From: a virus
DNA length: 64,000 bases
Strand: one strand, 5' to 3'
IMG/VR virus record: IMGVR_UViG_3300025913_000025
Span: 1 to 64,000 of that record
In this document: piece by piece, positions 18,127-26,771 of the stretch
How positions within the stretch are numbered: position 1 is the stretch's first letter
How the letters are laid out: each line of letters begins with the position of its first letter
Position numbers and translations under genes: made by a program
Notes under the pieces: model-generated
Database searches by the model: none
Told to the model about the DNA's origin: nothing
Seen by the model: only the letters and a program-made list of their open reading frames with translations

Positions 18127-18387
18127 TCATGCCGGTTTGCCGAGCGATCTTCCTTCCGCGTCCGCATGATCGCCGATGATCTCAAGCATACGATCAACGA
18201 GCCGCCAACCGCGTTCGTTTTTGGCGTTCAGGTGAATCAGATCGCTTTTGAGCGTCTCGCGCTCGAGGAACAGACCATCGCGCTCCCCAGTAAGCCGGGC
18301 TATTTCCTGATCCTACTTGAGGATCTCAGCGGCGAAGTAAGCCATCGCTTCTTCTTCTGACGGTGGTATCAGCGCGAATTCACCCAT
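18127..18387 (-). pseudogene. Coiled-coil ORF interrupted by in-frame TAG
   Basis: AAAGGA RBS; MGEFALIPPSEEEAMAYFAAEILK*DQEIARLTGERDGLFLERETLK...; TAG at 18313-18315. Confidence 0.55.
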
Positions 18388-18402
18388 GGACCAAGGTTCC
18401 TT

Positions 18403-18882
18403 TCACGAAACAGGATGTGCCGCGCATGGGCCAGTGTGTCCGGTCGCTCGCGAGCATTGCCAGCCGTCCGGCGCTTTATCGCAAACCCGAGGGCCGATGA
18501 TGATCTCGGCGATCTCGGGGTTTTTGCAGAGCGAGTAGAGACTGTGCCATTCGGGAGGACACTGATCTTTCTCGCCCCAGGGTGTAGGGATGTGGACGAT
18601 CCCGACCATATCCCAGGAATCGTCGCGATCGGGAAGTGCGGTCAGATAGCCATGGTCGATACGAGGTTCACAGTCCTCGAATCCCTTGTCCGGGACAAAG
18701 ATGATCTCGACCTCAGAACCGAAATCAGCCAGCGTCGTAGCCTTGACTTTGTCCCATTCGGACGTCGTTAAATCCTCAGAATCGGGGTCTGTCCCGTCTT
18801 GAGCATCAATCTCCTTGCGAAGCCGCTCAAGAGTCGGAAGATTGTAGTCGCTCACAAATTTAGCCATCGACCAGCCTCTCAA
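18403..18882 (-). CDS. hypothetical protein
   Basis: C-terminal CSRATGHTGPCAA motif common in phage ORFs. Confidence 0.6.
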   Translation of the reverse strand: MRGWSMAKFVSDYNLPTLERLRKEIDAQDGTDPDSEDLTTSEWDKVKATTLADFGSEVEIIFVPDKGFEDCEPRIDHGYLTALPDRDDSWDMVGIVHIPTPWGEKDQCPPEWHSLYSLCKNPEIAEIIIGPRVCDKAPDGWQCSRATGHTGPCAAHPVS

Positions 18883-19162
18883 TCTCCTGGTTCATCGTCT
18901 CGAAGGTAAACGCCGGCCCGGGTTGAACGAACATGATCGTCGCGTCGTTTCTCCGAACGATCAACGCGAACCGCAGGATCCCGAGACCGTTCTCGTCGCG
19001 GTCTTCCCAGAGAAATAGGACGCTCCCATCGTCTCCGCCCAGGGTAATGCGCACGCGATCGAGCGCAGCCGTGATCTTCTCGCGGTCGCCGGTTTTCGTC
19101 TCGCCACGGAACGAGCAGGAACTATCGACGTTGACGGTCGGTGCGTGGTCATGAACAACCAT
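18860..19162 (-). CDS. hypothetical protein
   Basis: ORF in short leftward operon. Confidence 0.5.
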   Translation of the reverse strand: MVVHDHAPTVNVDSSCSFRGETKTGDREKITAALDRVRITLGGDDGSVLFLWEDRDENGLGILRFALIVRRNDATIMFVQPGPAFTFETMNQEIERLVDG

Positions 19163-19168
19163 CGAGGG

Positions 19169-19342
19169 TCAGCGCTCCGGGGGAGGTTTGATCTTCATCT
19201 TCTTCGCCATATCCACAAATGCGATTCGCATCAATCGCGCCTTCGGAATCGAGGTATCACGGCTAACCTTATCGAGCCAGGCGGCGTATGCCGCACTCGC
19301 TCTCAGAAAGATTCCGGTATCGCGTTGTTTTGGGGTTGCCAT
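19169..19342 (-). CDS. small ribbon-helix-helix-like DNA-binding protein
   Basis: TGIFLRASAAYAAWLDKVSRDTSIPKARLMRIAF, beta-alpha-alpha pattern. Confidence 0.5.
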   Translation of the reverse strand: MATPKQRDTGIFLRASAAYAAWLDKVSRDTSIPKARLMRIAFVDMAKKMKIKPPPER

Positions 19343-19435
19343 TGAGCTTGGTCCTGCATAGCATCTGATAGTCAACCGGAAGAATCCTATCACCGATCTT
19401 CCCAGCAATCAACCCCCGATCTCGAAAGGAACCCG

Positions 19436-20098
19436 ATGCCCAAGCCAGGATTCACCGACATCATCGTTGTCCTCGACCGCTCCGGATCGATGGAGAACAT
19501 CGCCGAATCGACGATTCAAGGCGTGAACAAATTCGTCGCGTCTCAGAAGGCGGTTCCGGGCCAGTGCGTGCTCACCCTCGCGCAGTTTGACCACGAGTAC
19601 CAGCTCGTCTACTCGGCCAAGCCGATCGCTGACGTTCCCGACTTGACCGCAGAGACGTTCGTCCCGCGTGGCCAGACGGCACTGCTCGACGCGATCGGCA
19701 GGACGATCAAAGAGACCGGCGAGCGACTGTCTGCGATGGCCGAGGAGGATCGGCCCGAGCATGTCGTGGTCGTGATCTCCACGGACGGCTTGGAGAACAA
19801 CAGCCGGTTCTTCTCTGCGGAAATGATCCAGGGCATGATCACGCATCAGACAGATGTCTACAAATGGCAGTTCGTCTACCTCGGGGCGAATCAGGATGCG
19901 ATCGCCACCGCGAAAACTATGGGCATCATGGCGAGCAACGCGATGACCTTCACCGCGAACACTCGGGGCGTGTCGTCCTACTTCGGCGGCGTGAGTGCGA
20001 AGTTCGCCGAGCTGCGCGCGGGAGTCGTTATGGATATGGCCTTCACTGACGAGGACCGGCAGAAGCAAGAGGAAGCCGCCGCAGCCGGTAAATCCTGA
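19436..20098 (+). CDS. von Willebrand factor A domain protein
   Basis: MIDAS DRSGSM, TALLDAIG, STDGLEN, FVYLGANQDA. Confidence 0.9.
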   Translation: MPKPGFTDIIVVLDRSGSMENIAESTIQGVNKFVASQKAVPGQCVLTLAQFDHEYQLVYSAKPIADVPDLTAETFVPRGQTALLDAIGRTIKETGERLSAMAEEDRPEHVVVVISTDGLENNSRFFSAEMIQGMITHQTDVYKWQFVYLGANQDAIATAKTMGIMASNAMTFTANTRGVSSYFGGVSAKFAELRAGVVMDMAFTDEDRQKQEEAAAAGKS

Positions 20099-20301
20099 TG
20101 CCGATCCCGGTGGGAACCCGCGTGCGCGTCAAACTCGCGCACGCATTCCGTCACGGCCAGCAGGGGATCATCCGCGAGATTTCCCCGCCTTCGGAGAACT
20201 CGACCCGGAAGAAGCAACCAAACTTCTACTGGGTCAAGTTCGCCGAACTTCCCGATGGATTCTTTGAGGAAAATGCGCTCGAAATTGTGAAAGGAGACTG
20301 A
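20098..20301 (+). CDS. small SH3-like hypothetical protein
   Basis: VGTRVRVK...GIIREI...YWVKF. Confidence 0.55.
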   Translation: MPIPVGTRVRVKLAHAFRHGQQGIIREISPPSENSTRKKQPNFYWVKFAELPDGFFEENALEIVKGD

Positions 20302-20780
20302 TGGGAAACCCGATCAATATTCAGGAGTCGAAGATCCAGGCGGCGAATGCCGTGATGGCGACCTTAGGTGACGAGACGTGCCGGTTTTTCGTCCGCAGGA
20401 ATCGGCTTCGCATCGCGACCGCAGACGGGGAGAGCCAAGTCTTCGTGGCGTCGATCGGGGATCGGCTTGATATGAGCCGGACACACTTCCATTGCGGGAG
20501 TAACCGCTCGATGGCTATCGCGCAATTGGCGCACTGGCTACGTGGAAGGCGCCGGTACTCGTTACACGTCTGGAGATACTGGGTCGGACCCCCGGTCAAG
20601 CTCGGGAACGAGCGCACGCTGGAGCTTCTCGAGGCCACGGATTACGGCGATCCGGAGATGACGGCCTGCGTGGCGTGTGGGGATCCGGAGGTTGATTCGC
20701 TCGACTGGTGGACATCGCCCGAGGGAGTGACGGGGCCGTGTCACATGGGACCGAACTGTATCAAGGAGAAACGATCGTGA
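20301..20780 (+). CDS. hypothetical protein
   Basis: Coupled ORF, AAAGGAG RBS. Confidence 0.6.
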   Translation: MGNPINIQESKIQAANAVMATLGDETCRFFVRRNRLRIATADGESQVFVASIGDRLDMSRTHFHCGSNRSMAIAQLAHWLRGRRRYSLHVWRYWVGPPVKLGNERTLELLEATDYGDPEMTACVACGDPEVDSLDWWTSPEGVTGPCHMGPNCIKEKRS

Positions 20781-21394
20781 TCAATCTTCTCGACAACGAA
20801 TCTCGTCTTTCCCCCGCGCAGAAAGACTACGTTCGCGCCGTGCCGGGCAAACCCCAATCGACGATCAAATGGATCGGCCATTTTGTGAACGCGACGGTGC
20901 AATCAGCGCTGGCGGTCTTGCTCGTCTGGAACGCGCTCGGCCACACTCCCCGCCCGCTCTTTAACGTCGCCTTCGGGTGGGTTTGCATCTTCATGGCGGC
21001 CGGCTGGTTTCTCTTGGCCTGCAACCTCCTCGACGTCATTTATCTGATCGAGATAGCGGTCGATGACGACCTGAATAAAGTCCAGTTCGGCCATCCAGGC
21101 TGGGCCAAATTGACAAAGGAAGTCCGCAAGCGAATACCCGAATTCCGGCTCAGAAAAGGATGGTTGTTCTGGAGAGGCTGGTTCCTGATCCGGCAGGTCG
21201 TCACAGTAATCGGCTTGTCCATGAACGGCTATTTCGCGACCTGCGTCGTATTTATCGTGACGCTCATGGCTGAAGAGGCGAGCAGGCTTACATTGCTCCA
21301 TGCCGTTGAGGCTGCCATCGTGCAACTCGTGCCCGATGTCGCTCCCGAACTCACCAACGGCCAGGTCGGCGAGGAGGCGACTCATGCTCGTTGA
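20777..21394 (+). CDS. multi-pass membrane protein
   Basis: About four hydrophobic segments; AAGGAG RBS. Confidence 0.65.
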   Translation: MINLLDNESRLSPAQKDYVRAVPGKPQSTIKWIGHFVNATVQSALAVLLVWNALGHTPRPLFNVAFGWVCIFMAAGWFLLACNLLDVIYLIEIAVDDDLNKVQFGHPGWAKLTKEVRKRIPEFRLRKGWLFWRGWFLIRQVVTVIGLSMNGYFATCVVFIVTLMAEEASRLTLLHAVEAAIVQLVPDVAPELTNGQVGEEATHAR

Positions 21395-21611
21395 TGAGAC
21401 GCACGCCCTCATGACGCTCGATGAATTCGAGTCGCTGCCTGAGTCTGACGGTCGGATCCCGGAACCGGTCGAACTCGGGCTAAGATGGAAGATCGACGTC
21501 AACTCCGCTTATTCTCTTCAAAGAGGCCTGCCCGCCAAATGGGAGATGGGCGAATACGTGAAGCCGAACGGGCATATCGTGATCAAGTGGCGCGAAGTCA
21601 TCGTTGTTTGA
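21384..21611 (+). CDS. hypothetical phage protein
   Basis: GAGGAGG RBS. Confidence 0.55.
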   Translation: MLVDETHALMTLDEFESLPESDGRIPEPVELGLRWKIDVNSAYSLQRGLPAKWEMGEYVKPNGHIVIKWREVIVV

Positions 21612-21618
21612 GGATTCA

Positions 21619-22029
21619 ATGGCGAACCCGAGACTGATGCGATTGCCGACGTTCACTGAGAAGGAACCGCTCGTGTTGCGCGAGGTCGTCGTTCCGGAGG
21701 AATTCCGGCGAGCCATAATCAACGGCCAGAACGACTACGTCCGCGCCTACACGATCGGCGAATGCACGGTCCTCGTCACGAAGGAATTCGGCAAGTGGCA
21801 TCTCTCGATCGCGCACCAGGGACACCCGAAGCGGTATCCGACCTGGGATGAATTGGCCGAGGTTCGTTATTCGGTGGTCCCGAATGACGTCACGATGGCG
21901 ATGCTCTTGCCGCCGCTCGAACAGTATGTCAACATCCATGAGCACTGCTTTCAGATGATCGAGGTTCCCGACCAACGGAGGAGTCCTCTCGAACCCGAAC
22001 CCATCGACGCCTCTCCGCATGAATGCTAA
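21619..22029 (+). CDS. conserved phage protein
   Basis: WHLSI...YPTWDEL...YVNIHEHCF motif. Confidence 0.7.
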   Translation: MANPRLMRLPTFTEKEPLVLREVVVPEEFRRAIINGQNDYVRAYTIGECTVLVTKEFGKWHLSIAHQGHPKRYPTWDELAEVRYSVVPNDVTMAMLLPPLEQYVNIHEHCFQMIEVPDQRRSPLEPEPIDASPHEC

Positions 22030-22454
22030 GATCGTCCGTGGGTATCCTTCCTTCAGAATCGGTTCGCCGCTTCTTAACCCTACCGGGCCAAGCAAACGTG
22101 TATACATGGCAACGCACCGCGCTCGCCCGAATCGAGGTTCTTCCCGGCAAGCAACGATGCACCGAGCCTCAGTACGAGAGCGCCCGGAACCTCTTCTATG
22201 CCATCGGGACTCGTCACTTCCCGGATCCCAAGATCAACCTGATCTCGACCGACACGATCTCCCGATTGGTGATTCGCTGGCTGGTTGATGACCGGGAATG
22301 GACCGTCACGATCGCCAAGGATGGGACAATCCGGGACTCGATGACATCCGAGAAGGGCGAAGGTGTCATCCAGTCCTACACGATGACGCGCGAAGCCGCG
22401 CCTCACGTCCTCAAGATGGTCCGTTGGCTCCTCCTGGGAGACGAAGCGGAATGA
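22023..22454 (+). CDS. hypothetical protein
   Basis: ORF. Confidence 0.5.
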   Translation: MLRSSVGILPSESVRRFLTLPGQANVYTWQRTALARIEVLPGKQRCTEPQYESARNLFYAIGTRHFPDPKINLISTDTISRLVIRWLVDDREWTVTIAKDGTIRDSMTSEKGEGVIQSYTMTREAAPHVLKMVRWLLLGDEAE

Positions 22455-22798
22455 TCGACTGGGCGACGGTGGCCAGGTCCGGTGACAAGAGACTCGCGGT
22501 GATCGCACCGCTTGCCCGGGAATACGTGCGCGCGGTCATGAGGCTGCAACTCGTCTGCGCGCAGGAAGGACGGCGCTACCCGCGCGGCGTCGGCCCGCTT
22601 TTCCGCGGCCGGAAGCCCAACGCCGTGTTCCGGGTCGAGCTCGCCTGGGATCGACTCCGAGGTTATCTCGACCTGCTCGATCAGCGTACCGGATCGTCGA
22701 TCACGGCGCACGTCGTCGAGGACATCCGGCAGACGGTAGACTCGATGTGGCCACGCATGCGCGAGCGATTCGAACTGCCGAGCGATGCCGCAGCCTGA
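22451..22798 (+). CDS. hypothetical protein
   Basis: ATGA-coupled ORF. Confidence 0.5.
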   Translation: MIDWATVARSGDKRLAVIAPLAREYVRAVMRLQLVCAQEGRRYPRGVGPLFRGRKPNAVFRVELAWDRLRGYLDLLDQRTGSSITAHVVEDIRQTVDSMWPRMRERFELPSDAAA

Positions 22799-22809
22799 GA
22801 GGCGAGCTC

Positions 22810-24375
22810 ATGTCCACCGCAGATTTGCCGGTCGACGAAACCGAGATCCACGCTTCGGCCTGCGTCAAGGAGATCCCGCTGGGCGAGGGGAAGACGCGGC
22901 CGGCAGAACTCGCGGTCACCGACAATCAGGGCGGGATGGACCTTTACTTCCATGCCGGCCAGACGAAGGCATGGGATTCCGAGCGGCGATTCATCGCGAT
23001 CATCGCTGGCACGCAGAGCGGAAAAACCGTCTTCGGTCCCATCTGGCTCTGGCGCGAAATCCAGCGAAAAGGCCGCGGCGATTACCTGGTCGTCACGCCA
23101 ACGTTCACGCTGCTCGAACTGAAGGCACTCCCCGCGTTCAAGCGGTTCTTCGAAGCGCAGATGAAGCTTGGCGAGTACCTGAGCACCCCCGTGCGCCGGT
23201 TCAAATTCAGTGCTGACGGTGAGCGGATGATGTTCGGGTCTCACGACCCGCTCAATCCGACCGTGATCTACTTCGCCTATGCCGAGGACCCCGAATCGCT
23301 CGAGTCCATGACGGTCAAGGCGGCCTGGCTGGACGAGTGCGGCCAGAAGAAATTCAAGATCGGCTCCTGGGAGGCGATTCAGCGTCGGCTCGCGGTTCAC
23401 GAAGGCCGCGTTCTGATGACCACGACCCCCTACGACTTCGGTTGGCTGAAGCGAGAGGTCTTTGACCGCTACGAAGCCGGCGATCCGCTCTACGACGTGG
23501 TCCGGTTCAACTCGATATCGAACCCGGCATTCTCGAAGGCCGAATACGAACGCGCCCGCGCCACGATGCCGCCGTGGAAGTTCGCGCTGTTCTATCAGGG
23601 CCGGTTCATGCGCCCGGCTGGGCTGATCTACGATTGCTTCGAGACGAAGACGCACACCTGCAAGCGGTTCGTCATTCCCCCGCAGTGGGAGCGGTACATG
23701 GGCCTGGACTTCGGCGGCGCGAACACTGCCGCCGTGTTCTTGGCAGCCAAGCCCTACACGTCGAAACTGTATCTCTACCGGATATACAAGGCAGGCGGGA
23801 GAACGGCCGTCGAGCATTCCTATCACATGACGCTCGGAGAACCCGAAATCGCGCTTGCCGTGGGCGGGGCGCGTGCGGAGGGTCAGTGGCGCCAGGAGTT
23901 CAGGGCGGGAGGGAAGATCGAGACGCCCGAGGGCAAGACCGTGAGTGTCCCGGGCATGCTGGTTCGCCGGCCGTTGATCACCGAAGTCAACCTTGGAATC
24001 GACAGGGTTTACGGGACGATCAAGCGTGATGAACTGATCGTCTTCGATGACCTGGAAGGATTCATTGACGAGATCGAGGAATACTCCTGGGAGATCAACG
24101 CCAACCAGGAACCGACCGGAGATATCGAAGACAAGGGTAAATACCATTTTTTAGACAGCACCAGATATGTTATTGGGTACATTCGTGGCCCTCTCTTCCG
24201 GGACGACATCCCCGAGGAACCGAAGGCCAAGATCGCTCGGATGAAGGCGGAGAAGGAAGCCGAGAAGATCACGGCCGAGAACGAAGAGAAGGCGTTCCGG
24301 GCGCATGCGGATGCGGAAGACAAGAAGGCGCAGCAGAACCCGTTCGATCCTCGCTGGTGGCAAGGGGGCTGGTAA
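22810..24375 (+). CDS. terL: terminase large subunit
   Basis: Walker A IAGTQSGKT, Walker B WLDECG, MTTTP, nuclease GLDFGG and HFLDSTRY. Confidence 0.92.
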   Translation: MSTADLPVDETEIHASACVKEIPLGEGKTRPAELAVTDNQGGMDLYFHAGQTKAWDSERRFIAIIAGTQSGKTVFGPIWLWREIQRKGRGDYLVVTPTFTLLELKALPAFKRFFEAQMKLGEYLSTPVRRFKFSADGERMMFGSHDPLNPTVIYFAYAEDPESLESMTVKAAWLDECGQKKFKIGSWEAIQRRLAVHEGRVLMTTTPYDFGWLKREVFDRYEAGDPLYDVVRFNSISNPAFSKAEYERARATMPPWKFALFYQGRFMRPAGLIYDCFETKTHTCKRFVIPPQWERYMGLDFGGANTAAVFLAAKPYTSKLYLYRIYKAGGRTAVEHSYHMTLGEPEIALAVGGARAEGQWRQEFRAGGKIETPEGKTVSVPGMLVRRPLITEVNLGIDRVYGTIKRDELIVFDDLEGFIDEIEEYSWEINANQEPTGDIEDKGKYHFLDSTRYVIGYIRGPLFRDDIPEEPKAKIARMKAEKEAEKITAENEEKAFRAHADAEDKKAQQNPFDPRWWQGGW

Positions 24376-24677
24376 TGAGACTTGTCGACCTTGATCCGCG
24401 ATGGGCCTGTGACGCCGATATCGTCGTCGATGGAGTCAAGAAACATTTCGAGGGCCGACACGGGATGGCGGTTACGTTCGATTGCCCGCACTGTCGAGCA
24501 ATCCGACTCGCCGTCTGGTTTGTGAATCCGATTGACGGCGGTCCGCCGACTGATGATGCCGACCATCTTTGGACGCGAATTGGAGACACATTCGATTCGC
24601 TCACATTGTCGCCATCGATCGACGCCTCGACGCATGGACATTGGCATGGATTTATTCGCAATGGCCAGATTTCTTGA
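24375..24677 (+). CDS. DUF6527 family protein
   Basis: FDCPHC...W.R.GDTFDSLTLSPSI....HWHGFIRNG. Confidence 0.75.
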   Translation: MRLVDLDPRWACDADIVVDGVKKHFEGRHGMAVTFDCPHCRAIRLAVWFVNPIDGGPPTDDADHLWTRIGDTFDSLTLSPSIDASTHGHWHGFIRNGQIS

Positions 24678-24690
24678 CTAAGGAGATCCC

Positions 24691-25032
24691 ATGGATTCCC
24701 CGCCTACAGGCGTTCCGATCACATTCGTCCCGTCCGTCATCGATTGGGACGGCCATTTCGACGAGCAAGGCCGACAAGACAGATTGGATCTCGCTCCAGG
24801 ATCAGCGAACTGGGTCAACGACCAGTCCGATAAAGTGGGCGCATTGTTGTTTGTCTGCCCCTGCGGTTGCGGGAAAACGCACGCGATCAACGTTTCGATC
24901 GGACCGAAGCAGGAACATTCCTGGGCGTGGAATGGCGATACTCTCAAGCCGTCTCTTACTCCAAGCATTCAGTGTCTCAGCAAGTGCCGGTGGCACGGCT
25001 ATTTGACGGATGGCGCGTTCGTGCCGTGCTGA
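24691..25032 (+). CDS. DUF6527 family protein
   Basis: FVCPCGCG...WAWNGD..KPSLTPSI...CRWHGYLTDG. Confidence 0.8.
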   Translation: MDSPPTGVPITFVPSVIDWDGHFDEQGRQDRLDLAPGSANWVNDQSDKVGALLFVCPCGCGKTHAINVSIGPKQEHSWAWNGDTLKPSLTPSIQCLSKCRWHGYLTDGAFVPC

Positions 25033-25062
25033 CCTGTCGCTTGCGCGGTCACGAAGTCCGCG

Positions 25063-25344
25063 ATGAACCGAAAGGTGAACACTTTGAACATCAAAATGAC
25101 GCCGATCGTCCGTTCCTCGAACATCCTGGCGGCCGGTTATGACGAGACAACCGGGACGCTCCGTATCGCTTTTGAATCGGGTGGGAGTTACGATTACAGA
25201 AACGTCACGAAAATCATGTTTGAACAGTTGTTGAGAGCACCGAGCGTTGGACGTTTCTTTCACTCGAATATAAAGGGAAAGTTCCCTACGCGGATGGTAC
25301 CCGCTTCGCCGAGTTCGTCTGGGAATGAAGAACAGACGAGTTAG
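25063..25344 (+). CDS. KTSC domain protein (3' half apparently supplied by the TnpB cassette)
   Basis: SSNILAAGYD...L.I.F.SG..YDY.NV.......L..APSVGRFFHSNIK. Confidence 0.9.
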   Translation: MNRKVNTLNIKMTPIVRSSNILAAGYDETTGTLRIAFESGGSYDYRNVTKIMFEQLLRAPSVGRFFHSNIKGKFPTRMVPASPSSSGNEEQTS

Positions 25345-25354
25345 AGATTAAGTC

Positions 25355-25382
25355 TTGCGTTTGTTGTGCAATTCGATAGAAT
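25355..25382 (+). promoter_or_regulatory. tnpB promoter (probably leaderless mRNA)
   Basis: TTGCGT-N16-TAGAAT, 6 bp before ATG 25389, no RBS. Confidence 0.55.
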
Positions 25383-25388
25383 GTCGAG

Positions 25389-26594
25389 ATGGCTTATCGC
25401 ACGATAAAAATCGAATGGCTACCCAAATCTGAAAAGCAATGGAAGGCCTATACAGGAGCAAGAGTCGAGGCTGCGCGGCTCTGGTCGTGGCTCGTGGAAC
25501 GGCACGCGGAAATACGCCAGCGCAAATCGTCATGGCCGAGCAAAGCAGAAATACAAAAAGAGATCAAAGGTTTGTTCCCAGGCTTACATTCTCAATCAGC
25601 GCAACAGACTGTTGCTGATTTCTGCGAATCGATCACATCAGCGGAAACGCTTCGCAAAAACGGCAAGTCGTATACGTATCCGCATGTCAAGCCACGCTAC
25701 CGGCAGGTAATCTTCACGAACCAAGGTGCTAGAGTTCGCGACAAAACCTTGCTTCTGCCGTGCGGAGTTAACGGAACCCTCGAGATTAAAATTCCTACTC
25801 GCGTCGAGCTATGTGGGCGCATGTTAGAAGTTCGTCTTAATTACGGATCAGTAGAGATCGTTTCTAAAGTGGATGAAGTGAAACTGACTGATGGGCCAAC
25901 GATCGGAATCGACATCGGAATCAATACTCTACTTGCGGCGACAGATGGAGACAAGGCAGTTTTGGTGAGCGGTCGCGAAGTAAAAGCGGCGACGCAGTTA
26001 AGGAACAAACTGTGCGCCGAGATCAACTCAAAGCAGTCGGCGAAAACCAAAGGTTCGCGCCGATACAAGAAGCTTCAGCGGCGAAAGATGCGCGTGTTGA
26101 CGAAAACCGCAAATAAGATTCACGATTTATGTCACAAGGCAACACGGAAGATCGCTGATTCATTTCCGAATGCGAAAGCTTATGTTGGTAAGCCGTTCAA
26201 TGACGCATGTCAAAGCACTAATAAAAAGCAAGCACAAATGGTGTCTGTTGCTTGCAATCGTAAATTGATTGCGATGCTTAATTGTAAGTTGGCGATCGCA
26301 ATTGAGGTGGATGAAGCGTACACGTCACAAACCTGTCCTTCTTGCGGATCTCGGTCCAAGCACGGACGGGTCTATCGCTGTCGATGCGGATGTAAAGCGC
26401 CCCGAGATTTAGTAGGGTGCCTCAACATCCGTGCGATCGGCATCGACGGCGCGATGCGCCCAGGCATTCATATCCCAACCGAGATCCAGTTCGCGCACCC
26501 ATCCAAGTATCCCGGTGTAAACCGGGTAGATCCCTCGGACACAGGGCAAGTTGCTCGGGAGCAATCCCGAGAAGCCACTAGACGCAAATCCTAG
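25389..26594 (+). CDS. tnpB: RNA-guided endonuclease TnpB
   Basis: RuvC-I IGIDIG, HDLCHKAT, VDEAYTSQTCPSCG and CRCGC Zn finger, RuvC-III RDLVGCLNI. Confidence 0.92.
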   Translation: MAYRTIKIEWLPKSEKQWKAYTGARVEAARLWSWLVERHAEIRQRKSSWPSKAEIQKEIKGLFPGLHSQSAQQTVADFCESITSAETLRKNGKSYTYPHVKPRYRQVIFTNQGARVRDKTLLLPCGVNGTLEIKIPTRVELCGRMLEVRLNYGSVEIVSKVDEVKLTDGPTIGIDIGINTLLAATDGDKAVLVSGREVKAATQLRNKLCAEINSKQSAKTKGSRRYKKLQRRKMRVLTKTANKIHDLCHKATRKIADSFPNAKAYVGKPFNDACQSTNKKQAQMVSVACNRKLIAMLNCKLAIAIEVDEAYTSQTCPSCGSRSKHGRVYRCRCGCKAPRDLVGCLNIRAIGIDGAMRPGIHIPTEIQFAHPSKYPGVNRVDPSDTGQVAREQSREATRRKS

Positions 26595-26625
26595 CGGCGT
26601 GTCACGATTACTCCAATGTCCCCAA
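26460..26625 (+). ncRNA. putative TnpB omegaRNA (scaffold plus guide)
   Basis: Hairpins CCCGGT-GTAA-ACCGGG (26511-26526), CTCGGGA-GCAA-TCCCGAG (26554-26571), GCCACTAG..CTAGCGGC (26574-26598) overlapping the tnpB 3' end; 5' end approximate. Confidence 0.6.
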
Positions 26626-26767
26626 GGCTTTGTACTCACAATTGTTGACCGCACCGAGCGTTGGACGGTTCTTCCACACGACCATCAAGGGGAAGTTCCG
26701 AACCCGCCCGGTACCTGCGCCGACGAGGCCGTCGCCAGAACCCGAGAATCCAGAATCCGAGGAATAA
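26606..26767 (+). pseudogene. Displaced 3' half of KTSC gene
   Basis: Translates DYSNVPKALYSQLLTAPSVGRFFHTTIKGKFRTRPVPAPTRPSPEPENPESEE*, colinear with 25192-25344; no start codon. Confidence 0.88.
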
Positions 26768-26771
26768 TCCG

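Larger units (their letters stand above)
25192..26605 (+). mobile_element. Transposase-less TnpB cassette carrying recoded KTSC 3' half
   Basis: Lower-GC 1414-bp unit bounded by ACGATTAC (25190-25197, 26604-26611); hairpin-rich right end finishing GTGTCAC; left boundary approximate. Confidence 0.8.

Noticed and set aside
18313-18315. Genome-wide TAG recoding
   Set aside because: Single case; other genes end normally at TAG and core genes are uninterrupted in the standard code
25192-26605. Group I intron (IStron) or autonomous IS605
   Set aside because: No room for or sign of an intron core, no tnpA, and the KTSC frame is restored at DNA level
26661-26771. Upstream extension of the portal ORF
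   Set aside because: Overlaps the KTSC remnant; ATG 26772 after GAGGA is the better start
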